Of a stretch of 27,481 nt of DNA, positions 16,734 to 26,692 are shown piece by piece (within the stretch, counting starts at the first letter, position 1; every line of letters begins with the position of its first letter). Below the pieces are notes generated by a model, which was not told where the DNA came from, did not search any database, and was given only the letters and a program-made list of their open reading frames with translations. The stretch is from a virus. Its lineage: Duplodnaviria; Caudoviricetes. Location: positions 1 through 27,481 of the IMG/VR virus record IMGVR_UViG_3300044454_000013, one strand, 5' to 3'. The position numbers and the translations under genes were made by a program.

Positions 16734-17684
16734 ATGACTAAGCTCGTTTGGGACCAGGTCGGCGAACGTCTTTATGAGACTGGTGTTGACCGAGGAGTTC
16801 TATATTTGTCAGATGGTAGCGCGGTCCCCTGGAATGGACTCACCTCAGTCAACGAGACTGTGGATGATACAACATCTCCCATGTATTTCGACGGAGTAAA
16901 GTATCAGGATGTCCAGTCTACAGGGGACTTCGCTGCCACCCTGACAGCATTCACATATCCGGACGAGTTCCTGGCATATGAGGGTGTGGTAGACCTTGGT
17001 AATGGCGTACTCGTCGACGGTCAGAACTCGAAGGTATTCGGGCTCTCCTATCGTACGTATATAGCCAACGATGTAAACGGTACTGATCACGGGTACAAGA
17101 TCCATATTCTCTACAATCTGACAGCAACTCCGAATGCAGTCAGTTATTCTACAACGACCTCTGCCGCCGCTCCAGTTCCATTCAGTTGGACGCTAACCGG
17201 AGTACCTCAGGATGTAGACAATTACCGACCGACAGCACACGTTATATTTGACTCCAGATACCTAAGCCCAACCATGCTCGCCGGTCTAGAAGACCTGATC
17301 TATGGCGATATCGACACTCCAGCAACTCTCCCGACACTGGCAGAGCTGGTCGACTTCGTCTCACTCTGGGATCCGAAGCGCATCACGCCGCAGTCGGTTA
17401 CTGGTCTGTCCAATCTGGTCAATGGTATGGGCGATCTAACTCAGATCAACATCGATGGCATATTCTCAGCACTTCCCAGCACAAGACTGGTCCCTGCCCA
17501 GGTCGACGGGTTTTATACTCTCGGCCCAGGCGTTCTCATCATCACGTATCTGGGAAATGGGGTATGGACCGCCGAGGATTTCGGTGGCTATATTTCGATG
17601 CTGGATGCGGATACGTTCCAGATCGTCTCAGATACTGCAGTCTTTCTCGACGCGACTACATACACAATCTCTTCTCAGGGATAG
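16734..17684 (+). CDS. Major-tail-protein paralogue 3
   Basis: AAGGAGG RBS; LVWD...YETGVDRGVLY...WNGL...AFTYPDEF...GYKIHILYN; extra C-terminal ~50-aa module (ITYLGNGVWTAED...TYTISS). Confidence 0.85.
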   Translation: MTKLVWDQVGERLYETGVDRGVLYLSDGSAVPWNGLTSVNETVDDTTSPMYFDGVKYQDVQSTGDFAATLTAFTYPDEFLAYEGVVDLGNGVLVDGQNSKVFGLSYRTYIANDVNGTDHGYKIHILYNLTATPNAVSYSTTTSAAAPVPFSWTLTGVPQDVDNYRPTAHVIFDSRYLSPTMLAGLEDLIYGDIDTPATLPTLAELVDFVSLWDPKRITPQSVTGLSNLVNGMGDLTQINIDGIFSALPSTRLVPAQVDGFYTLGPGVLIITYLGNGVWTAEDFGGYISMLDADTFQIVSDTAVFLDATTYTISSQG

Positions 17685-17692
17685 GAGCACTT

Positions 17693-18826
17693 ATGGCTAC
17701 AATTACAGGGCTTACAGCAGCCAGAATGCTACTGATCGAGGCCGCATCTGTTATCAGCGGAGCGATTGTCGGGGATGATCTGATCCTGACCAAGAAGGAC
17801 AACAGCACGATCAATGCCGGAAACGTGCGGGGCCCTGCTGCAGCCAGGAACCGTATTATCAATGGTGATTTTGCTGTTAATCAGAGGGGATTTACGACTA
17901 CAAATGTGGATACGGCTTATGGATTTGATGGATGGAAACTTTTCAAGTCCGGCACAAGCGTCACATATCAGGCACAAACACCAGCCCTAGGCGATTTGCC
18001 AGAGTCGGCCAAAGCGTTTGCTAGAGTTATTTCTTCTGCACAGGCTGCTGCTGGGGACTATGCGATTTTAGTTCAAAGAATTGAATCTGTTCGTGTACTG
18101 TCCGGAAAGACCGCAACCATATCCTTCTGGGCCAGGGCAGCCTCTGGAACTCCAAAAGTATCGGTAATGTTGGCACAATTCTTTGGATCTGGTGGAAGTC
18201 CATCAACACAAGTAGACACATATGCCGGGCAGGTAACTTTATCTACTACTTGGGTTCGCTATAGTGTTACGATTGCTGTTCCTTCGATTGCCGGTAAAAC
18301 GTTAGGTACAGACGCATCAGATAGTCTTGGGCTATGGCTTTGGACCTCTGCGGGATCTAACAATAACGCTCGCACAGGCTCTCTAGGCCTCCAAAACACC
18401 ACTATCGACTTCTGGGGCGTCCAGGTCGAAGATAGTCCGAAGGCTACTCCATTCGAGCAGGAGGAGTATGCGGTTAATTTGAGAAGGTGTCAGAGGTATT
18501 ATTATCGAGCTTCGGCAAATGGTTCCAGTTATGGCGCGTTTGGTTTTGGTATTGGTTCGACCTCCACGTCTGTTTATTTCCAAGTACCACTGCCAAACGA
18601 AATGCGAATAACGCCGCAAATATCTTGGGTTGCTGGCTCATTAGCAACAGACGACCGTACAGCAATTATTGCAGGAACAACTCTTACTTCGTCGGTCAAT
18701 CGTGCCACATGTAAAGTAGGTCATGCAAATTTAAATGTTTCTGGAGGAATTGTCGTTGGTAAAATCTATGAGATTATTGCAAATAACTCACCATTGACTG
18801 CTATCGAATTTACAGCAGAACTCTAA
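17693..18826 (+). CDS. Minor tail/fibre protein 2, paralogue of 15574-16713
   Basis: AGGAG RBS before ATG 17693 (MATITGLTAARM). Same central domain as fibre 1, with different N- and C-termini. Confidence 0.8.
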   Translation: MATITGLTAARMLLIEAASVISGAIVGDDLILTKKDNSTINAGNVRGPAAARNRIINGDFAVNQRGFTTTNVDTAYGFDGWKLFKSGTSVTYQAQTPALGDLPESAKAFARVISSAQAAAGDYAILVQRIESVRVLSGKTATISFWARAASGTPKVSVMLAQFFGSGGSPSTQVDTYAGQVTLSTTWVRYSVTIAVPSIAGKTLGTDASDSLGLWLWTSAGSNNNARTGSLGLQNTTIDFWGVQVEDSPKATPFEQEEYAVNLRRCQRYYYRASANGSSYGAFGFGIGSTSTSVYFQVPLPNEMRITPQISWVAGSLATDDRTAIIAGTTLTSSVNRATCKVGHANLNVSGGIVVGKIYEIIANNSPLTAIEFTAEL

Positions 18827-18845
18827 CTAAAAGAAGGAGTCCCCA

Positions 18846-19223
18846 ATGATCACATATTCGTCATCAGGGGACTTCTCCAAGATGGAGGCCTTCCTGGCCA
18901 AGATGCTCAAGGGTAATATTTACACAGCCCTTGATCGAGCTGGCCAGGAAGGCGTAGACGCACTAGCTAGAGCTACGCCTATGGATACGGGTAACACCGC
19001 TGGATCCTGGTCCTATGAGATCCTACGAGATCTCAAATCATATTCTATTATCTGGAGCAACAGCAACGTTGTTGCCGGAACGCCAGTCGCAGTTCTCATC
19101 CAACTTGGCCACGGTACAGGTACTGGAGGGTACGTGCAAGGAAGAGACTACATCAACCCAGCACTACAACCCATATTTGACCGCATTGCCAACGACGTTT
19201 GGAAGGAGGTGACCTCAGCATGA
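18846..19223 (+). CDS. Neck/tail component, HK97 gp10-like
   Basis: AAGGAG RBS; ATPMDTGNTAGSW, GHGTGTGGYVQGRDYINPAL motifs. Confidence 0.75.
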   Translation: MITYSSSGDFSKMEAFLAKMLKGNIYTALDRAGQEGVDALARATPMDTGNTAGSWSYEILRDLKSYSIIWSNSNVVAGTPVAVLIQLGHGTGTGGYVQGRDYINPALQPIFDRIANDVWKEVTSA

Positions 19224-22200
19224 GTGGTGTTGACAGTCGTATTGTTACGATGAAGTTCGACAACAAGCAGTTCCAAGAGGGTGCTGCAGCGACTATGAGC
19301 GTGCTCGATAAGCTGAAGTCCGCACTGGGGTTCTCCGGAGCGTCTAAGGGTCTTGACCAGGTTCAGGCATCGGCAAACAAGATGAACTTCGGTGCCATGG
19401 AGGGTGGAATTACCCATATTTCCGCTAAGTTCATGGCCCTTTCTACTATCGCTATTACCGCTCTGTCAGGTATCGCGTCCAAGGCTATGGCTGTTGGTAC
19501 CTCGGTTGCCAAGTCTCTTACGATTGATCCGATCAAGGGTGGTTTTGACGAGTATGAGCTGAAGATGGGCTCTATTCAAACAATTATGGCGGGTTCGGGC
19601 GAGAGTCTGGCTACGGTTAACAAGTACCTTGGCGAGTTGAACACATATTCTGACAAGACCATCTACTCCTTCAAGGACATGACTAGCAACATTGGTAAGT
19701 TCACCAATGCTGGCGTGAATCTGAAGGACTCGGTTGGTGCTATTCAGGGTATTGCCAACGTGGCGGCCATCTCTGGTGCTAATGCCGAAGAGGCCTCTCG
19801 GGCCATGTACAACTTTGCTCAGTCCCTCTCGCAGGGCTCTGTTAAGCTTATGGACTGGAAGTCTATCGAGCTAGCTAACATGGCCACCAAGGAGTTCAAG
19901 ACTCAGCTCCTCGAGAGTGCTGTGGCTGCAGGAACCCTCACCAAGACTGGCGATGGGATGTACAAGACCCTCAAGAACACGCCGGTTACTGCGACCAAGG
20001 GCTTCAACGAGAGCCTCTCCGAGCAGTGGTTGACCTCAGAGGCCCTAGTCAAGACCTTGGGCGACTATTCCAACAAAGAGACCGACATTGGTAAGCGAGC
20101 CACAGCGGCAGCTTCCGACGTCAAGACGTTCTCTCAGATGATGGACACAATGAAGGAGAGTGCGGGCTCTGGTTGGGCTAATACTTCAGAGTTGATCTTC
20201 GGTAACTTCGAGGAGGCCAAGAAGCTGTGGACAGGCGTCAACGACGTCCTCGGCGGAATGATCTCTTCCTCTGCAGATGCTCGTAACAAGGTCCTCAGTG
20301 ACTGGAACGCTCTTGGTGGGCGCACTATGCTCATCGAGGCAATCAGAGATGCCTTCTGGGCACTCATGGCCGTTCTCAAGCCTATTAAGGATGCATTCCG
20401 GGAGATCTTCCCAGCCAAGACTGGCAAGGATCTGATGGACTTTACTGTTGCCTTCCGAGACTTGATGGCAAACCTCATAATAGGAGGAGGAACTGCTGAA
20501 AAACTGAAGCGTACATTCAAGGGCGTCTTTGCAGTCTTCTCCATTATCAAGATGGTCATCAGTGGCGTCATCGGTGTCATCATGGATCTGGTTGAATCGC
20601 TATCTAGCGGAAGTGGAGGATTCCTTGATTTCACAGCAGGCATTGGCGACTGGCTGGTTAATGTTGAAAGAGCTATTCGTAATGGTGAGGGGCTCACTAA
20701 GTTCTTTGCTGGACTGACTAAGGTTCTGCAAGTTCCTCTTACGGTCCTCAAAAACCTTATCAAGTTCATTGGAAACCTCTTTGATGGTGCTGGTACTGCT
20801 ATGGGTGAGGGTTCTCCCTTACAAAGCGGTATCAACGGCGTTAGTGACGGTCTTAAGGGTATTCCAGGTCTGTTCAGTAAGATCGGACAGGCTCTCCAGC
20901 CGATGGTTGACAAGTTCATCGAGGTCTTCAGCACGATTGGTCAGAAGATGGCCGACTCGTTCAGCTACGACGGCTTCAACGCCCTTCTAAGTGCTATCAA
21001 TACTGCACTATTCGGGGGCCTTGTCCTTCTGGTCAAGCGCTTCCTTGATGGTGGCGGTATATTTGGCCAGTCTGGCGTCAAGAACATGTTCGACTCGGTC
21101 GCTAGTACTTTCGGTGCTCTGACTGGACAGATGACCGCCATGCAGAAGAACGTCAAAGCCGACACGATGATGAAGATTGCTGCGGCAGTTGGAATCCTCA
21201 CGGTTTCTATTGTCGCCTTGTCCATGATCGACTCGGACAAGCTTGTCAAGGCTCTTTCGGCAGTTGGTGTGTCCTTCGGAATGCTTCTCGGAGCTATGCA
21301 GATCCTTGACAAGATCGGTAAGTCCGGTGGCTTCCTCAAGATGCCGTTCATCACGGGCAGCATGATTGCCTTCTCGGTTGCAATTCTTATTCTAACAGCA
21401 GCCGTCAAGAACCTTTCCGACCTCAGTTGGGAAGAGCTTGGCAAGGGACTTTCTGGTGTTGCTGGTCTTATGGTTATTCTCGCAGTTGCAGTCAAGCCTC
21501 TCTCAGCAAATGCTGCGGGTATGACTGCTGCTGGTGTTGGTATTCTGGCTCTCTCGGTTGGTTTGAAGGTCTTGGCCACCGTGGTCAAGGACTTCGCTGA
21601 GATGAGTTGGGCTGATATGGGTAAGGGTCTTGCCGGAGTGGCTGGGTCTTTGCTTGTTCTTGCGGGCGCTATGCGTTTGCTACCATCAAAGAGCATGATC
21701 GGTACGGCTGTCAGTATTGGTATCCTGGCAGCATCCCTCAAGATTATGGCTTCGGCTATTACTGACTTTGCTGCTATTCCTACTGGCGATATTGTCAAGG
21801 GCCTTGTTGGTATCGCTGGCGCACTTCTTATTATTGCTGGCGCTATGCAGATCATGCCAAAGAACATGCCTCTGACGGCAGCGGGACTTATACTCGTTAG
21901 TATTGCGCTTCTGGGCATCTCCAAGGCTGTCCAAACCATGGGCGGAATGTCTTGGGAAGCACTGAGTAATGGACTTAAGGGCCTTGGCCTGGCTATGCTT
22001 ATTCTGGTGGCGGGCCTTAATGCCATGAATGGTACTCTTGCTGGGTCAGCAGCTTTATTGGTTGCTGCTGTAGCGCTGGGGCTGTTAACGCCTGTCTTAA
22101 TGGTTCTCGGAAAAATGCCCTGGGGGGATATTGTCAAGGGACTTGCTGCTATCGCAGGAGTCTTTGTTATTCTCGGCCTCGCGGGGCTGCTTCTTACGCC

Positions 22201-24418
22201 ATTGTCTCCAGTTATTGCGCTTCTTGCTGTTTCTATCTTGGCCCTAGGCGCAGGTCTGGCCCTGGCTGGAGTAGGCGCTCTCGCGTTCGTAACAGCATTT
22301 AGTATGCTGGTCGGTCTAGGCGCAGCGGCAGCGATAACTATTGGCGCAATGCTATCTACAATTATTAAGAAGATTCCCGAGGCGCTTAAGGCGTTTGCTA
22401 TGGGCATCATCATGTTCGCGGCAACAATTGCTAAGGGTGGTCCTGCCTTCGTGGCAGCTATGACTACGGTTATTCTCGCCATTATCAAGGCTGTCAGCAA
22501 CGCTATTCCGAAGTTGGCAGCGTTGTTCTTGCAGTTGATCAATACTGGTCTGGCGGTTATTACAACAGCCGTGCCCAGATTTGCTGCAGCAGGTCTTAAG
22601 ATGCTACTAGGAATCCTAGGTGCCATCAGTGCTAACATTGGTAAGATCGTTACCGTTGCTGGTGATATTATTGCCAAGTTCCTCAATGGTATAGCCAATA
22701 ATATTCCCAAGATTGTTACTGCTGGCGCCAACATCATTATCAAGTTCATGGACGCAATGGCTAAGAAGATCCCTGAGCTTGCGGATAGGGCCGCTAAGGC
22801 CGTTATTACCTTCGTAAATGGCATCTCTACCGCCATCGACAACAATAGCGCTGAACTTGGTGCTGCTGGTGGACGACTTGCAACGTCCATTGTCAAGGGT
22901 ATGGTTAATGGGCTTGGTGCTGGTATTCGTCAGATCACAGACGCTGCTAGAAATCTGGCTAAGTCTGCTCTTAACGCCGCAAAGGACTTCCTTGGTATTA
23001 AGTCACCCTCGAAGGAATTCGAGAAGATCGGTAAGTACGTGAACGAGGGCTTCAGAGATGGTCTTGTCGGTGGACTCCCCGATGTTGACGCTGCTCTAGA
23101 AATGATGAAGTCCATGATTGTTGACTCCATGGCCGATACCAAGGCTGCTGTTGACGACGCTAAGGATAATCTCGGCGACGCCAGCGACGCAGTTAAGGCT
23201 GCAGAAGCTCGGCTAAAGGATCTGCAGAATAACAAGAAGCCCAATAAGGATGCAATTAAGGCAGCAAAGGTGCGTTTGGCAGAAGCCAAGCAAGCCCAAG
23301 CAGAAGCCAGGCAAGCTTATGGCGATGCTAAGGAAGCCCAAAAGGCGGCTAATGCAGCAAACCTGCTGATGACGCAACAGATGGCTGAACAGCAGAATCA
23401 ATTGCGGGCTCTTGGTGCTCAGTACGATGATATTACATCACAACTCAAGGACGCTAAGTCTGCCCTTGATCAGGCGATTAGCGCTCGAGACAGTGCTAAC
23501 AGCAGCATTCGTGGGAAGTTCGATGATCTCCCGGATATTGCCGAAGAAACGTCTCTACTTGGGTATGAGGAGCAGCTCCGCAAGTCTATCGACGACACGA
23601 ACAAGTTCAAGGCTACTTTGGATCAACTCCGCTCAATGGGTATGGATAACACCACATATCAGAAGTTCCTCGACGAGGGTACTTCTGCACAGCCATTCCT
23701 TGAGCAGCTTCTTGCAAGTGGCGCTGGCGGCATCGCAGAACTTAATAGTCTGAATGCGCAGCTTTCGGCAGCAGCAGCAAATCTGGGCAATACAGCCTCG
23801 GCAGAACTCTACCAGGCAGGTGTTAATGCTGCTCAGGGTCTTGTGGACGGTCTTACATCACAGCAGGCTGCTATTGAAGCTCAGATGACAGCTATCTCGA
23901 ACGCTATGATCTCAGCCATCAAGTCTGCTCTTGGCATCGCATCCCCGTCAAAGGAGTTTGCCAAGATTGGTAAGTACTCGACGCAAGGTCTTGCAAAGGG
24001 TCTGAGTCAGTACTCATATTTGGCAGATAAAGCAGCCTTCGACGTTGGTGAAGCAGCGCTGGAAGCCATGAAGACGTCTCTAACTAAGGTGTCTGATATT
24101 GTTATTAGCGACATGGATATCAATCCTGTGATTGCTCCAGTACTTGACCTGTCACAGGTGCAGCGCGAAGCCAGTAAGATGGGCGCAATGCTCTCTGCCA
24201 ATCCGATCACGGCCGGTGTCTCGTTCGATCAGGCATCTTCCATATCTGCAGACAACCAAAGCAAGAACTCCGATGTGGCGGAAGCCGCAGCACAAGCTGC
24301 GCCAACAACCATTACGTTCGAGCAGAACAACTATTCACCAGAAGCACTATCTGCGGTAGATATTTATCGTCAATCTAAGAACATTCTGTCACTAGCAGAG
24401 GAGGCGTTGAAAGTATAA
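19220..24418 (+). CDS. Tape measure protein (1732 aa)
   Basis: AAGGAGGTG RBS; ATG 19220 overlaps the upstream stop. Longest ORF, helical A/G/L-rich repeats, N-terminal tape-measure domain, LGIxSPSKEF motifs; precedes the distal tail gene. Confidence 0.95.
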   Translation: MSGVDSRIVTMKFDNKQFQEGAAATMSVLDKLKSALGFSGASKGLDQVQASANKMNFGAMEGGITHISAKFMALSTIAITALSGIASKAMAVGTSVAKSLTIDPIKGGFDEYELKMGSIQTIMAGSGESLATVNKYLGELNTYSDKTIYSFKDMTSNIGKFTNAGVNLKDSVGAIQGIANVAAISGANAEEASRAMYNFAQSLSQGSVKLMDWKSIELANMATKEFKTQLLESAVAAGTLTKTGDGMYKTLKNTPVTATKGFNESLSEQWLTSEALVKTLGDYSNKETDIGKRATAAASDVKTFSQMMDTMKESAGSGWANTSELIFGNFEEAKKLWTGVNDVLGGMISSSADARNKVLSDWNALGGRTMLIEAIRDAFWALMAVLKPIKDAFREIFPAKTGKDLMDFTVAFRDLMANLIIGGGTAEKLKRTFKGVFAVFSIIKMVISGVIGVIMDLVESLSSGSGGFLDFTAGIGDWLVNVERAIRNGEGLTKFFAGLTKVLQVPLTVLKNLIKFIGNLFDGAGTAMGEGSPLQSGINGVSDGLKGIPGLFSKIGQALQPMVDKFIEVFSTIGQKMADSFSYDGFNALLSAINTALFGGLVLLVKRFLDGGGIFGQSGVKNMFDSVASTFGALTGQMTAMQKNVKADTMMKIAAAVGILTVSIVALSMIDSDKLVKALSAVGVSFGMLLGAMQILDKIGKSGGFLKMPFITGSMIAFSVAILILTAAVKNLSDLSWEELGKGLSGVAGLMVILAVAVKPLSANAAGMTAAGVGILALSVGLKVLATVVKDFAEMSWADMGKGLAGVAGSLLVLAGAMRLLPSKSMIGTAVSIGILAASLKIMASAITDFAAIPTGDIVKGLVGIAGALLIIAGAMQIMPKNMPLTAAGLILVSIALLGISKAVQTMGGMSWEALSNGLKGLGLAMLILVAGLNAMNGTLAGSAALLVAAVALGLLTPVLMVLGKMPWGDIVKGLAAIAGVFVILGLAGLLLTPLSPVIALLAVSILALGAGLALAGVGALAFVTAFSMLVGLGAAAAITIGAMLSTIIKKIPEALKAFAMGIIMFAATIAKGGPAFVAAMTTVILAIIKAVSNAIPKLAALFLQLINTGLAVITTAVPRFAAAGLKMLLGILGAISANIGKIVTVAGDIIAKFLNGIANNIPKIVTAGANIIIKFMDAMAKKIPELADRAAKAVITFVNGISTAIDNNSAELGAAGGRLATSIVKGMVNGLGAGIRQITDAARNLAKSALNAAKDFLGIKSPSKEFEKIGKYVNEGFRDGLVGGLPDVDAALEMMKSMIVDSMADTKAAVDDAKDNLGDASDAVKAAEARLKDLQNNKKPNKDAIKAAKVRLAEAKQAQAEARQAYGDAKEAQKAANAANLLMTQQMAEQQNQLRALGAQYDDITSQLKDAKSALDQAISARDSANSSIRGKFDDLPDIAEETSLLGYEEQLRKSIDDTNKFKATLDQLRSMGMDNTTYQKFLDEGTSAQPFLEQLLASGAGGIAELNSLNAQLSAAAANLGNTASAELYQAGVNAAQGLVDGLTSQQAAIEAQMTAISNAMISAIKSALGIASPSKEFAKIGKYSTQGLAKGLSQYSYLADKAAFDVGEAALEAMKTSLTKVSDIVISDMDINPVIAPVLDLSQVQREASKMGAMLSANPITAGVSFDQASSISADNQSKNSDVAEAAAQAAPTTITFEQNNYSPEALSAVDIYRQSKNILSLAEEALKV

Positions 24419-25224
24419 TGTATTTTACCAAGATTCGACTCAATGGCCTCACTGCAGTGGACCTACCCAAGGTCAACGCACAACCATCCGATCTCTATAT
24501 TCTGAAGAGCGCGGATGGTCTTGGTCCGCCTGAGGTCGACGTCTCTATTGCAGATACTCTCAATGCTGGGGGTTACTACAGGGGACGTCGGCCTCAGAGC
24601 CGAGAACTCGTATTTCTAATCGGTCTGAACCCTGATTACAGCGCAGGCATGACAGCAGCAGATCTCCGTACGACCCTGTATGGAATGTTGTCGCCGGGCT
24701 CCTCAGACAGCGTACTTGTGGAAATCATGGACACGAACGGCACCATCGTCCAGACCACGGCCTACGTGAAGAAACTTGAGATTGTGCCCTTCACAAAGGA
24801 TCCTGCCGTTCAGATCACTATGCCTTGTTTGCAGCAGTATCTCCTTGCTCCGTCGTTGCTGTATGTGGTTCCTGAAACGTTTGCTACACCAAGCATCAGT
24901 AATGTTGGAACCGCTCCCTCGGGTTTCCACATGGAGGTTATATTTACGTCTAGCATGTCGTCTTGGACTTTGACTCATAGTTCCGGTCGTCAAATGACGT
25001 TCACCTACAGCTTCCTTTCTGGGGATAAGCTTATTGTCGACACTCGCCCGGGATCTCGCGGCATTTGGGTCCTGCGCGGCTCAGTACTCACAAACATTAT
25101 CTACACTTTGTCGGTTGACTCCGTTTGGCACATGCTCCACGGAGGAGTTAACAACTTCACCGTCAGCTCAGCGGCCTTTACTTGGGGCGATGTGTACTAT
25201 TTGCCTCAGTATTGGGGGATTTAA
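24418..25224 (+). CDS. Distal tail protein (Dit-like minor tail protein)
   Basis: TAATG overlap after the tape measure gene; 268 aa; DGLGPPEVDV, NVGTAPSGF and LHGGVNNF motifs. Confidence 0.8.
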   Translation: MYFTKIRLNGLTAVDLPKVNAQPSDLYILKSADGLGPPEVDVSIADTLNAGGYYRGRRPQSRELVFLIGLNPDYSAGMTAADLRTTLYGMLSPGSSDSVLVEIMDTNGTIVQTTAYVKKLEIVPFTKDPAVQITMPCLQQYLLAPSLLYVVPETFATPSISNVGTAPSGFHMEVIFTSSMSSWTLTHSSGRQMTFTYSFLSGDKLIVDTRPGSRGIWVLRGSVLTNIIYTLSVDSVWHMLHGGVNNFTVSSAAFTWGDVYYLPQYWGI

Positions 25225-25225
25225 C

Positions 25226-26410
25226 ATGGATGTGCTACGTCTGAACGCGGTTACATATTACCCAGATGCTCTTATCGAGGGCTACAGTTCCATGATTTGG
25301 ACTGAGCGCAACCTGGAAAATGGCGACTTTGAGATGAAGACGCCGAAAGTGGCTGAAACGCGAGCACTTCTTCCTATCGGATCTCAGATCAGCCTGCGCG
25401 ACACCAACGAAATCATGATGGTGGAAACGCACTCTATTGGACGCGACAACAACGGATATTCCGAACTAACTGTCACAGGAAGAACCTTTGAGACTTTCTT
25501 GGAGAATCGAGTCTTAGCGGCGGCTGTGTATAACACTCCGTGGCAGGTCTATAAGACATATACGCCATCTGAGTTTGTTTCGTTGCTTCTGTGGAATCAT
25601 GCCGTAAACGCAACGGGAGAAGACCCGACACGGGCAGCAACCACAAAGTCCACATACGACGCTATTCCGCAGGTTGTCGTAACAGATAGCACGACTCGGA
25701 TTGATGCGGCTAAGGTGTGGTGGCTTGAGAGCGGAATAGTATATTCGACTCTGCGAGACATCCTAACTTTGTCTGAGCTTGGGGTTCGGTCGATTCGTCC
25801 TCCGGGGACCACCGGCAATGTCATGACGTTCGATGTTACCCGAACAGTTAGTCGTGGAACGGTCAGCAAGGCCTCGACAAGCAATATCTCACAAATTCGA
25901 CTTGACGTGTACAACGGCCTTGACCGATCTCGTAATCAAGGAATTCTCGAACCGGTTATGTTCCATTATGATTCGGGACATATCGACGATCCGAAGTACT
26001 TATTCTCCATCAAGGAGTACAACAACTTCGCTATCGTGCTTGGCAGTATGCAAGCAGTTGAGGTGTGGCCAGATGTTACTCCAGCGCCAGATACCACAGT
26101 AAACGGTCTAGCTCGAAGGCCTTTGTATGTCGACGGAGAAACTGTCGGAACAATGTCCACGCCAGACTTCGTTGCGGCGATGACGCAAAAGGGTCGTTTA
26201 GAACTGAAGAAGCGGAATCAAACTGCTGTTTTTGATGGGGCCATTTCGCCTCTCTCACCCTACAAGTACAATCAGCATTATTTCTTGGGCGACAAGGTTA
26301 CCTTATTGGCTGAGTATGGGTATGAGGCTACAATGGTAGTTAGCGAATACATTCGGACCGAAGATCAATCGGGTGATCGGGGATATCCTGGATTGTCAAC
26401 CATAGTCTAG
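25226..26410 (+). CDS. Baseplate hub/minor tail protein (ReqiPepy6 gp37-like)
   Basis: ATG 25226. IEGYSSMIWTER...GDFEM at the N-terminus; YNQHYFLGDKV...VSEYIRTED at the C-terminus; follows Dit. Confidence 0.8.
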   Translation: MDVLRLNAVTYYPDALIEGYSSMIWTERNLENGDFEMKTPKVAETRALLPIGSQISLRDTNEIMMVETHSIGRDNNGYSELTVTGRTFETFLENRVLAAAVYNTPWQVYKTYTPSEFVSLLLWNHAVNATGEDPTRAATTKSTYDAIPQVVVTDSTTRIDAAKVWWLESGIVYSTLRDILTLSELGVRSIRPPGTTGNVMTFDVTRTVSRGTVSKASTSNISQIRLDVYNGLDRSRNQGILEPVMFHYDSGHIDDPKYLFSIKEYNNFAIVLGSMQAVEVWPDVTPAPDTTVNGLARRPLYVDGETVGTMSTPDFVAAMTQKGRLELKKRNQTAVFDGAISPLSPYKYNQHYFLGDKVTLLAEYGYEATMVVSEYIRTEDQSGDRGYPGLSTIV

Positions 26411-26428
26411 CAAGGAGTAGGATACATC

Positions 26429-26692
26429 GTGGACGATCCAGTAGAGCGGCTTAAGCTTGATATCGAAGCCTTACGACGAGAAATGTATGTGTTAGGAATA
26501 ACTAGCGCAACAATGAAAGAAAAGCTTGACGCTATTGAGAAAGATATTGTCATCATCTCGTCGTCATCTCTTCCCAAACTAGTAACAATGGAACGGTTTA
26601 CGCCAGTCGAAAAGGTTGTTTACGGGATGGTTACACTAATCCTGGTGTCCTTTCTAGGTGCGATTCTAACCTTGGTGGTGAATAAGACATGA
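26429..26692 (+). CDS. Small membrane protein (coiled coil plus C-terminal TM), lysis-region
   Basis: AGGA before GTG; C-terminal VVYGMVTLILVSFLGAILTLVV. Confidence 0.7.
   Translation: MDDPVERLKLDIEALRREMYVLGITSATMKEKLDAIEKDIVIISSSSLPKLVTMERFTPVEKVVYGMVTLILVSFLGAILTLVVNKT

Noticed and set aside
15574-18826. Paired fibre genes as a diversity-generating retroelement or invertible shufflon
   Set aside because: No reverse transcriptase or recombinase in the window, both copies are direct and intact, and the differences are not adenine-specific.
20965-22896. 643-aa minus-strand ORF (and 266-aa ORF 20134-20934)
   Set aside because: Antisense shadows of the tape measure gene. Its codon bias leaves few stops on the reverse strand, and the translations show no recognisable motifs.
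2970-25226. ORF-track starts at 2970, 3242, 4839, 8447, 10632, 12988, 17564, 19199 and 25034
   Set aside because: Downstream ATGs (3042, 3308, 4845, 8480, 10662, 12997, 17693, 19220, 25226) have better RBS spacing or stop/start coupling and avoid long overlaps.
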